Assembly: GCA_045544715.1 (NCBI GenBank)
Contig: JAZPZN010000108.1
Span: forward strand, 8,163 to 72,162
Direction: 5' to 3'
DNA from: Oscillospiraceae bacterium
Lineage (GTDB): Bacteria > Bacillota > Clostridia > Oscillospirales > Ruminococcaceae
Length of the DNA: 64,000 nt
This document shows, one piece after another, positions 38,678-48,200 of the stretch. The notes below the pieces were generated by a model. The model made no database searches, was not told the DNA's origin, and was given only the letters and a program-made list of their open reading frames with translations. Each line of letters opens with the position of its first letter. Within the stretch, counting starts at the first letter, position 1. The position numbers and the translations under genes are program-made.

Positions 38678-41600
38678 TTATATGCGTCTGAATGCCTGCA
38701 CGATTACAGTAAGCACCAGCCATGCGAGGTTATATAGCATAAGTATATACCAGCTGAACATACCATAATTAGTAAACAGGGCAAATACGAGCACCAACAG
38801 TATACCGAGGGCAATGCCTGCCACCTCCATCGTACAGCCGAAAAGGATCTTTTCACGCATTGCTTTAGTTCCGCAGACTGCAGCACACAGTGCAGAAAAT
38901 GTGCCATCGCAGCTGACAGCTGCAGAGCCCTTGGAGGCATACTTTGTATGCTCCTCATAAGCCTCATGTGCCTCGTAGGGGAGTACACGCAGCTTTGTCA
39001 CCTCAATATCGAACAGATCGGCAAGCAGAGCATCATTAACAAATCCATCGACCGTCTTGACAGCAAGGCCCACATCGCTCTTATACAAGCGTCTGAGGCT
39101 CTCCTTCACCTGAGGATTTGCCTTGATATCAAAGAAGAACAGTATGCACACCTCGTTGTTGATGGCGAGATATACCACCTGCTGCTCACGCTCATTGAGC
39201 TTGTTAACGATCTCCATATCGGGAACTATCATATTGTGCTGCTTCATAAGCTCACGGGAACCTAGATATACACGGCGGTTCTTTATCCAGCCGCTTACAC
39301 CGAGGCCGTTTTCGTATACGCAGTTTTCAACGTGCTGCAGCAGAGATCTCTTTCCTCTGAGCATAGTATAAAATGCATCAGCGGTCACGCTGCCCGCTGC
39401 CACTGCAAGGCTCGATGCGTATATTAGAGCCTCGTCGATATCAATATGCTGTCTGCCATGCTTGTTGTAATCCCAGATGTTCGCAATAACCACAGTACCT
39501 GCAGGGAAAAGCGTGCTTGCATCTGTCAGCACCGCATCTGTCTCGCTGAACTCGTCAACAGCGTTGTAGCCAAGCACCGCAGCATTCCTTGCATTGAGCT
39601 TCTTTGAAGCAGTCAGCATAGGCAGCATAACGATGAGCGAACCAACAAAGGTAGCCCCCACTGCAAGCACTGCACTTGCCACTGTTGCCGCCCACGATGC
39701 ATTGTTCAAAGCGTAATCGCTTTCGCCCATGATATAGGCGATGAGACCGCCAGCCACTGCAAAGGCGAGCACTACAGGGGTAACTGCACGTGATATCCTG
39801 TCGGATGCGTCCTCGCAGTATGTAGAGATGATGAAATCACACAGCATCTCGGTCTTGTGCATGGAGGACACTACAGGCTGTCCGTTTGTCATATCCTTTG
39901 CGAGCAGCTCGCTGTCGCTGTCGCAAAAGCTCTCCATAAAATACTTTGCACCATCACGGGATACAAAACGGAAATTGTTCTGTGCCGCCTTGACCGTACA
40001 TAGCTTCGAGATAGTATTGAAACAAAGTGCTACCAGCGATACCGCAATATAGATATGCGCCCTGCCACGCTGAACATATTCAGGCTGAGCAAGATACAGC
40101 ACCACCGAAAGCAGCGCACCCGTATGAGCCAATGCGCACAAAGTATCGCCGTCAGGCTTCAAACGCACCAAGCGTGAAAAGCCGTTAGTGATAACGCTTG
40201 AACAAGCCACAAAGCTGAGAGCGCCAATCACAAGATAAGCTACCACATGACCTTCGGGATTAAAACGCCTGTTGACAAGCGGAGAGATAAACTCTATATC
40301 AAGATTAAGATCATTGATAAGTCCGACAAAAATAGCCGCAAGTGCCATTATTGCGAGAATGATCAGTCTGCCCACCAATCCCTTTCCTGAGCGGTTCAGA
40401 CGGTCAGTGATAACATTCTCGTCATCAAGGTCGATGACCTCCTCTTCCTCGTCGTAGTCATCCTCTTCCTCCTCTGCAACGGTATCCATGTCACTTTCAA
40501 GGTCACCCATCACAAACTCGGATATCTTGCGCCTGCGCTTGCCTGCAAGCTCATCCGCACGGCGCACGGCATCAACAGGATCCTGCTTAGGCAGGAGAGC
40601 GGAGTCAATGATCTTCGCTTCATCTATATTAAGTACATTCTTCGGAAGCGTGCCTGCATTGCTGACATCGGTGAGCACAACAGTCTGCTCCTCACGAAGC
40701 TGCCTTTCACGCTGCTCCTTTATCTTTTTATTCATCTGCTCCACAAAGGAAGAGCTGCTGCGACGCTCGCTCTCACTTGCATAAGCAGTGTCATCTTTAT
40801 CCTCGTTAGAGGTCTGCAGCACATCCTCAATGCGCTGTGCACTCTTTTTGCGGCTTGTAACGGGAGAGTATTCCTTAACGTGCTCCTCCCCTGCAATCTT
40901 CCTGAAATCATTTCCTGCCACCGCAAGAGTATCACCGCCAACAGGCTCAGCAGCCTTCAGGTCGTCAGCCGCCTTTGCCAGCGAATCCATGGGGTTTATA
41001 GAGTCGAGCAGCTCATCAGGGCTTTCCGCATCCATATCCGCCTGCAGCAATGCACGCTCAATGGCTTCGATACGCTGCTGCTTTCTCATCTGCTGAGTAG
41101 CAGTGGATACAAGATCGCCCCTTGTATGGAATATTATATCATCATCGCCGCCCGATACCTCAGGCTTAACAAACGGCTGCACATACTCGCTCTCCGACTG
41201 CACGATCTCGCCTGTCCTGTCAGCAAACAGCTTGGATGCCTCATGCGGAGATGCTATCTCACCCGTAAAACCATCGGGCGCAACAAAAGGCTCAGGCTCT
41301 GCCGCTTTTGCGGCAGCTTCTGCGGCTCTTGCAGCCTCTCTTGCGGCAGCTTCGGCCTCCATGCGCTTTTCCTCGGCTATGCGTATCTCTTCAAGGCGCT
41401 TCTCCTCAGCACGCTTTTCCTCTGCAAGACGTTTCTCCTCAGCCTTACGACGACGCTGCTCCTCTTTTTCCAGCTGCGCCGCACGGCGTGCTTCACGCTT
41501 CTGCTCTGCCTTATCAGCAGCGCTTTCCTCTCGCTCGTAGGATACAGGCTCTGCCGCCTCCACCTCTGTATGAGAGTCTGAGGATGCCTTCATGGCTGCA

Positions 41601-41734
41601 GAAAGCTCATCGCCACCAAGTATCTCGGTAACACTGGGTGTACTACTGCTGTAGCTCCTTTGCGGATCGGGGTCGCTGTCACGTTTTTTTGCGATCTCCG
41701 CCAGGATATCGTCAACGCTGTAATTATCAGACAT
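38678..41734 (-). CDS. Large membrane protein: acidic/charged N-terminal half + degenerate P1B-type ATPase-like C-terminal half
   Basis: See findings: KPDGDTL, DAVLTDASTLFPAG, GLGVSGWIKNRRVYLGSRELM, VVYLAINNEV, VKTVD, C-terminal TM pair. Confidence 0.65.
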   Translation of the reverse strand: MSDNYSVDDILAEIAKKRDSDPDPQRSYSSSTPSVTEILGGDELSAAMKASSDSHTEVEAAEPVSYEREESAADKAEQKREARRAAQLEKEEQRRRKAEEKRLAEEKRAEEKRLEEIRIAEEKRMEAEAAAREAARAAEAAAKAAEPEPFVAPDGFTGEIASPHEASKLFADRTGEIVQSESEYVQPFVKPEVSGGDDDIIFHTRGDLVSTATQQMRKQQRIEAIERALLQADMDAESPDELLDSINPMDSLAKAADDLKAAEPVGGDTLAVAGNDFRKIAGEEHVKEYSPVTSRKKSAQRIEDVLQTSNEDKDDTAYASESERRSSSSFVEQMNKKIKEQRERQLREEQTVVLTDVSNAGTLPKNVLNIDEAKIIDSALLPKQDPVDAVRRADELAGKRRRKISEFVMGDLESDMDTVAEEEEDDYDEEEEVIDLDDENVITDRLNRSGKGLVGRLIILAIMALAAIFVGLINDLNLDIEFISPLVNRRFNPEGHVVAYLVIGALSFVACSSVITNGFSRLVRLKPDGDTLCALAHTGALLSVVLYLAQPEYVQRGRAHIYIAVSLVALCFNTISKLCTVKAAQNNFRFVSRDGAKYFMESFCDSDSELLAKDMTNGQPVVSSMHKTEMLCDFIISTYCEDASDRISRAVTPVVLAFAVAGGLIAYIMGESDYALNNASWAATVASAVLAVGATFVGSLIVMLPMLTASKKLNARNAAVLGYNAVDEFSETDAVLTDASTLFPAGTVVIANIWDYNKHGRQHIDIDEALIYASSLAVAAGSVTADAFYTMLRGKRSLLQHVENCVYENGLGVSGWIKNRRVYLGSRELMKQHNMIVPDMEIVNKLNEREQQVVYLAINNEVCILFFFDIKANPQVKESLRRLYKSDVGLAVKTVDGFVNDALLADLFDIEVTKLRVLPYEAHEAYEEHTKYASKGSAAVSCDGTFSALCAAVCGTKAMREKILFGCTMEVAGIALGILLVLVFALFTNYGMFSWYILMLYNLAWLVLTVIVQAFRRI

Positions 41735-41801
41735 CTAATCTCCTCCTGTTTTGCAGACGCAGCAAACCGCCTGCACGATCAAAAATCTATATATCAAACA
41801 G

Positions 41802-42536
41802 TTATTTGCGGTGCTTTACAACCTCATACATAAGGATGCCCGCAGAAACCGACGCATTAAGCGAATTTATCTTACCATACATAGGCAGCGACAATATCAT
41901 GTCGCAGTTTTCACGCACTAGTCTGCCAAGCCCGAATCCCTCCGAACCGATCACCAGTGCAACACCTCCGCTGAGATCGGCCTTATCATAAGGCTCACCA
42001 TCAGCTTCAGCTCCGAACACCCATATATTATTGTTTTTCAACATTTTTATCGTATCCACAAGATTAGAAACCCTTGCCACTTTCAGCCAGGCTGCTGCAC
42101 CTGCAGATGTCTTGTAGACCGTCGCATTCAGAGATGCGCTCCTGCGCTTTGGAATAATAACTCCGTCTGCGCCTGCCGCCTCAGCGGTACGGATGATCGC
42201 ACCGAGATTGTGCGGATCCTCTATCTCATCAGCTATGATGATAAAGGGAGGCTTGCCCTTTTCCGCAGATACCGCCAGTATCTCATCTACTGTCGCATAG
42301 CTGCAGACCGCCAGCGATGCTGCAACACCGCCATGCTTTTGAGTGCCTGCTACGGCTGCAAGCTTATCCTCATTGACCTCCTTGATAACAACACCACGCT
42401 GTTTTGCAAGGGCAACTATTTTTCCGAGAGATATGCCACGCTGTACGAACACCGTATCAAGCTCAGTATCCGAGCCGAGGGCCTCCGTCACTGCATTTCT
42501 GCCATATATTATCTTGTTGTCGATTTCTCTATCCAT
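41802..42536 (-). CDS. rlmB: 23S rRNA (Gm2251) 2'-O-methyltransferase (TrmH/SpoU family)
   Basis: IYGRNAVTEAL, KHGGV, IEDPHNLGAIIRTA, GSEGFG, SLNASVSAGI; promoter TTGCAA-17-TATAAT at 42615-42587. Confidence 0.92.
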   Translation of the reverse strand: MDREIDNKIIYGRNAVTEALGSDTELDTVFVQRGISLGKIVALAKQRGVVIKEVNEDKLAAVAGTQKHGGVAASLAVCSYATVDEILAVSAEKGKPPFIIIADEIEDPHNLGAIIRTAEAAGADGVIIPKRRSASLNATVYKTSAGAAAWLKVARVSNLVDTIKMLKNNNIWVFGAEADGEPYDKADLSGGVALVIGSEGFGLGRLVRENCDMILSLPMYGKINSLNASVSAGILMYEVVKHRK

Positions 42537-42678
42537 ATTTTTATCCTTTACTGCAAGTTTTAGCTTCGCATACATATACATTGTATATTATAGCACAATC
42601 CACACCTTATTGCAAGACTTAACAGCGACCCGTATGTGAATTTTTTGCGAATTTTGACAGCTTTGCATCAAAAACAAA

Positions 42679-42702
42679 AGCGGCAAGGCCATCCTTGCCG
42701 CT
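42679..42702 (-). terminator. Intrinsic terminator after pilT
   Basis: agcggcaagg-ccat-ccttgccgct with T-rich tail on minus strand. Confidence 0.75.
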
Positions 42703-42732
42703 ATATGTATATAAAAATCCAGTTCAGAGAGA

Positions 42733-43791
42733 TCAGGAAGATCTGATATTGAGCAGCTTCTCCATTTCAGTCCTGTCAGTACAATACTCAAGGCAGGTGT
42801 CAGAGCTGATAATATTGCGCTCAAACAGCTTATAAAGGCTGTCGTTGAGAGTACACATTCCCTGACGGGTGCTGGACTGCATGATAGACTCCATCTGGGG
42901 GATCTTATTGGTGCGAATGAGGTTCTTCACGGCATCCGTACCCAGCATGATCTCAAGCGCAGCCACTCTGCCGCTGCCATCCATTTTAGGCACAAGGCTC
43001 TGCGCAACGATACCCTGAATGATGTTAGCCAGCTGCGAGCGTGCCTGCTCACGGGCATGCACAGGGCACGCATCAATGATACGATCCACGCTCTGTGCGG
43101 CACTGGAGGTATGCAGTGTTGCGAATACCAAGTGTCCTGTTTCGGCAGCTGTCAGCGCAAGAGAGATAGTCTCATAGTCACGCATCTCACCGATAAGCAG
43201 AACATCGGGATCCTCACGCAGTGCACTGCGCAGCGCAGCATCAAAGGTGGGAACATCTCTGCCTACCTCACGCTGATGAACAGTTGCCTTATCCTGTGCA
43301 TAACGATACTCAACAGGATCCTCGATCGTGATGATGTGGCATGCACGGCTCTTGTTGATGTGATCGATAACAGCTGCAAGCGTTGTGGACTTACCTGCAC
43401 CCGTAGGGCCTGTTACCAGTACAAGTCCACGCTTTTTATTTGCAAGCTCAGTGAGAACAGAAGGCATCCTAAGATCCTCAAGCGAAGGGATATTTGCATT
43501 CAGCAGACGGATGCTTGCAGCAAGCTTACCGCTCTGACGGAATACATTAACACGTTGCCTTGCACCATTTTTCAGCTCAAAGCTGAAGTCGATATCGTTG
43601 CCCTCAGTCAGCTGCTTCTCCTGCTCAGCAGTGAGTATGGAGAGGATGGTACGGTTTACTACCTGATCGCTCAGCTCGGTGTATCTGCGCAGCTCGCCGT
43701 TGACCCTCACGACTGTAGGCGCACCTACAGTAAGGTGGATATCAGAGGCGTTCATCTCACGAGCCTGCATTATGAATTCTTCAAATGTCAT
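42733..43791 (-). CDS. pilT: Type IV pilus retraction ATPase
   Basis: ASDIHLTVGAP, GLVLVTGPTGAGKSTT, TIEDPVEY, HQREVG, ALREDPDVLLIGEMRD, ETGHLVFATLHT, AVKNLIR (AIRNLIRE-like). Confidence 0.93.
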   Translation of the reverse strand: MTFEEFIMQAREMNASDIHLTVGAPTVVRVNGELRRYTELSDQVVNRTILSILTAEQEKQLTEGNDIDFSFELKNGARQRVNVFRQSGKLAASIRLLNANIPSLEDLRMPSVLTELANKKRGLVLVTGPTGAGKSTTLAAVIDHINKSRACHIITIEDPVEYRYAQDKATVHQREVGRDVPTFDAALRSALREDPDVLLIGEMRDYETISLALTAAETGHLVFATLHTSSAAQSVDRIIDACPVHAREQARSQLANIIQGIVAQSLVPKMDGSGRVAALEIMLGTDAVKNLIRTNKIPQMESIMQSSTRQGMCTLNDSLYKLFERNIISSDTCLEYCTDRTEMEKLLNIRSS

Positions 43792-43813
43792 TATATGCTA
43801 CCTTTCCTTTCGA

Positions 43814-44359
43814 TCATTTAATCTTGAACTGGATGCCGCTTGCCGAGAAGTAAACTTCATCAGACATATTTGCAATACGCTGATTAACAGCACCGAGAAT
43901 CTGCCTGTAGAGCGCAAGTCTGGGATTTTCGGGAGTTACAGAGAAACCCGTTTCTACCGTGATGATTATCATGCTGCCATCTATCTCCTCAATGCGTTCA
44001 AACATTTCGGTGACATCCTTGATGATCTTCTTCTCGATTGCCTTTTTCTTGTCATCGTCGGTCTCCTCATCGGCTTCGCACATAGCGTCAATAGTGCGCA
44101 TGGTGTAAGTAGACAAGGCATCAAAAATGACAAACTTGTGATCGAAAAAGTTCTCACTGGGACTATCGGTGATGCCGGTCACTATATCCCACTCAACGCC
44201 GTTCTGCTTGTTGTCGAATTCGATACGTCGCTTTGTATCAGGATCGATGCTGTCGTTAGCACATAGATACAGCACATAGTCGCAAGCCGACAGATATGTA
44301 GCAGCCCATCTTGATTTTCCGCTGGCTGCGCCGCCCGTGATCAGTATGGTTTTGGACAT
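43814..44359 (-). CDS. CobU/CobP-like (adenosylcobinamide kinase fold) protein with degenerate guanylyltransferase motif
   Basis: ITGGAASGKS P-loop, ETGFSVTP, R..LG.VNQ.IA...DEV....SGI.FKIK; RIEFDN in place of RIxxH. Confidence 0.75.
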   Translation of the reverse strand: MSKTILITGGAASGKSRWAATYLSACDYVLYLCANDSIDPDTKRRIEFDNKQNGVEWDIVTGITDSPSENFFDHKFVIFDALSTYTMRTIDAMCEADEETDDDKKKAIEKKIIKDVTEMFERIEEIDGSMIIITVETGFSVTPENPRLALYRQILGAVNQRIANMSDEVYFSASGIQFKIK

Positions 44360-44608
44360 TTGCAATCATTCCTTTCGTTTATTTTCATAAATAGGCATAG
44401 CCAAAACTGGCATAATAGCCAAAAACTTTGCGCAAAACGCAAAAAATCTATACATATTATATCATCTTCAATCAAAAAAGTAAAGGGCTTTTCTAAAAAT
44501 ATTGCATGATAACGAATACATCTTTGAAAATGCGCCTTTTTCCTTTACTTTTTCGCCACAATATGATATAATAAATATGTATGTGCATTATAAAAACAGG
44601 AGATAAAG

Positions 44609-45154
44609 ATGATTAAATACTTCATATTCGATTTAGATGGCACCCTTGCTGACAGCATGGGCTACTGGCACAACAAGGTCAATGCCTACAAAGGCTGCAA
44701 TCCAACTGAGCAGATGCTGAATGATATGCACCGATACTATACAGAAGAGATACAGCTGCGTGAGGGTGCAGTGGAGCTGCTGGAGCAGGCTAAGGCTCTC
44801 GGAATACGCTGCTGCATTGCCAGTGCGACCCTGCAATGGGTATCCGAGCCGCTGATAAAGAAAACCATTCTCGGAAAATACATGGATTTTTACATCAGCA
44901 CCACCGATGTGCACGCAAGTAAGCTGAAGCCCGACATATACATCGAAGCTGCCAGAAGATTTAGTGCCGATATCAGCGAATGTGCCGTATTTGAGGATTC
45001 CGACTACTGCGCAAAGACTGCAAAAGATGCGGGCTTCTACGTCGTTGGCATATATGATGAGACCTCCGTCAAAGACGGAGACGTGCGTGAGCAGTGTGAC
45101 CTCTACATAAACAGCCTGACAGATCTTCTGCCAATAAGCAAAACCTTCCGCTAA
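44609..45154 (+). CDS. HAD-superfamily phosphatase (subfamily IA)
   Basis: FDLDGTLADS, IASAT, KLKPDIY, VFEDS...AKDAG. Confidence 0.88.
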   Translation: MIKYFIFDLDGTLADSMGYWHNKVNAYKGCNPTEQMLNDMHRYYTEEIQLREGAVELLEQAKALGIRCCIASATLQWVSEPLIKKTILGKYMDFYISTTDVHASKLKPDIYIEAARRFSADISECAVFEDSDYCAKTAKDAGFYVVGIYDETSVKDGDVREQCDLYINSLTDLLPISKTFR

Positions 45155-45261
45155 TTTATTACAAAACACTCTTTTTTCTTGCATCTGACAACAAAATATG
45201 CTATACTATATTAGTTAAGGCAGTTGCCTACTAAATAAACAAATATGTGAAAGGAGCCATG

Positions 45262-48200
45262 ATGATAAAGGAAAATCAAAAGCTGTTCAATGCAATAAAT
45301 ATCATCAGCGATGCAGTCATGGCTGTTTTTGCAATGATGACCTCGTACCTGCTGGTATTCCACCTTCTTGGTTTCGAGGAAAACTATGCCCTGCAAGATT
45401 ATTTGAAGCTTGCAATACTGTTTATGCCTATCCAGCTGATGACATTCGGCTGTATGGGGCTTTATGACTCGTTCAGAACAAAACGCTTCACCAAAGAGCT
45501 CGAGAAACTGGTAGGTGCATTTGCAATAGACGCAGTGCTCATCATCACGATGCTGTACGTTGTGCACATCTTCAACTTCTCACGCTGGGCACTGTTCATA
45601 TTCTTCCTCATCGATCTTACTATGGTTGCGCTCAAGCGCTTCATACTGAGGAAGGTGCTGAAACAATACCGTAGCAGCGGCTTTAACCTCAAAAACGTTG
45701 CTGTGATCGGCGGCGGAGAAGCTGCAAGAGAATATATCAAAACCATAAACGAGGAAAAAGAGTTTGGATATAAATTAGCAGGTTACATATCCGACGAGGA
45801 GATACCGGGGGCAAAGCAGCTGGGCTTCTACAATGATATGCTGACCGTGCTTGAGGAAAACAATTTCGATGAGGTGGTATGTGCCCTCGGAAACGATAAC
45901 AAACTTCTTTCAGAGGCGGTTGAAGCGTGCGAAAAAACAGGCACTAAAATATCTGTTATACCCACAATATATAAATATATATCCTCCACACCCTCGGTCG
46001 ATATGGTGGGAAGTATACCGCTCTTGAACATCAGGCGTATACCCCTCGACAATATAGGTAATGCATTTGTCAAAAGAGCGATGGATGTTGTCGGCTCATT
46101 GGTGCTGATAATCCTCACCTCACCGATAATGTTGATAAGCGCATTGATAATAAAGATAACAATGGGCGGCAAAGTAATATTCAAGCAGCAGCGTGTCGGA
46201 CTTAACAAAGAGCTGTTCACCATGTACAAGCTGAAATCCATGAAGGATAATGCCACCTCCGACACCGCATGGAGCACCGATAACGACCCACGCAAAACCC
46301 GATTTGGCTCGCTGATACGAAAGCTGTCGATAGACGAGCTCCCCCAACTGTTCAACGTACTCAAGGGTGAAATGAGCCTTGTAGGCCCCCGCCCCGAAAT
46401 ACCCTTTTATGTCAACAGCTTCAAAGAAACCATACCGCTATACATGATAAAACATCAGGTAAAGCCCGGTATGACAGGACTTGCCCAGATAAACGGCTAT
46501 CGTGGAGATACCTCGATAGAAAAGCGAATTGAGTTCGACATCCAGTATATCGAAAACTGGAACCTGTTTATGGATATCTCGATACTGCTTCGCACCGCTT
46601 TGAGCGGATTTGTCAACAAAGAAAAGCTGAAAAAGAAAAAAACTACATACGTTCCGGAGAAATATCTAATGAAAAACGAGAAAAAAATCGATATGCTGTC
46701 ATTGGCTATCTTCCTGCCTGCTTTGATCGCTATCGCCATCATACCCACGATAATGCAGGCGACCTGCGTATATTCAGACCTTATCGAAAGTCAGGCACTG
46801 TTCACCGGTACTGTCGTTGAATCAACCGGTTCATATCAGATGGTCGATGTGTACTCACAGGCGAAAGCGTTCGGCATCGTTGTGATCGCAATGGTGATGC
46901 TCGGCATGGCACTGCTGTGCTGCGCATATCTCTTCAGAAAGATCGAAAAACGCTCGCTCATTTATGTTGGAGCATCAGTTGCATTCGTTGTGATGGCACT
47001 GATCTCTGCGCTCTGCTCTGACTATCGTGAGGTGGCTTTCAACGGAGTTTTCGACAGAGCCGAAGGCTTTTACACCACTGCATGCTACTTTGTGCTGTTC
47101 CTGTTCACCATGTACGCATTCAGAAAGACGCAGAATTTCAGATTTGTGGCACTGGCATTATTCGTGTGTGTCGCTATCAACGGTATCATAGGCATATTCC
47201 AGTTTACAGGCAACAATCTGGTATATGAAGATTGGTTCAGTGCCTTTGTTGTAGACCCCGATTACCGTGATGTTATGATGCTGCAAGAGGAGCAGATGAC
47301 AGGCACCCTCTACGGAGCCCTTTATCACTACAACTATGTGGGCAGCTTCTGCGGACTTATCGTACCACTGTTCACCGTTATGGCGATCTTCTCCGAAAAA
47401 TACTGGCAGAAGATAATATTCGCCGTATTTGATGTGCTGGCACTGTTCATGCTTTTCGCAAGCTCCGCACGAAGCGGTTTAGTTGCTTTGGCTGCCGCTG
47501 CAGTCGTTGCGCTCGTCATTTTCGGACGTGTTATCATCAGTCACTGGAAGCCTGCTCTTGTCATCGTCGGCGGTGCCGCAGTGATCTTCGTCGGTGCAAA
47601 CTTTGCCCTTAACAACGCTCTGTTTGACCGTATACCATCACTGATTGAAGATGTTGTTGTATTTATCACACCATCCGATAAAAATGCAGATCTGTTCTCT
47701 ACCCTCCCCATACGTGAAATAGATCACAATGCCGACGGCAGTGTTACATTTGTATCACAACAGGACGAAGTCACCATCTCTTTTGACGAGGTATCGTTGG
47801 ACTACACCTTTGCCGACAGCGAAGGCAATGCAGTAGGGCTTATCGAAGGAGCAAACAGCTCTTACACATTCGATGATGATCGTTTCAAGGGCATCAGCTT
47901 CAAGCTGGAGCAGTTAGACCCCACCGCCACCCAGCAATACGACGACCTAATGACAGTATGGTTCAATAACGACACAAGCAGCAAGATGACATTCCTACTG
48001 CACAATGCAAAGCAGATACATCTCATAGATACCCGCACTGGCGAGCGTCTTATACCCGAAAATGCTGAAGCTATCGGCTTTGAGGGCAAAGAAAAGCTCG
48101 GTTCATCCCGTGGATATATCTGGTCACGCACTCTGCCAATGCTGAAAAACTGTCTGCTTATCGGCTATGGTGCAGACACCTATGCTTACGAGTTCCCTCA

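Noticed and set aside
41290-41520. AEEKR-type repeats as a DNA repeat array or CRISPR
   Set aside because: They are coding low-complexity repeats with variable codons and no spacer structure.
44360-44608. Cobalamin riboswitch upstream of cobU-like gene
   Set aside because: Region is AT-rich with no B12-box or GGGAA core.
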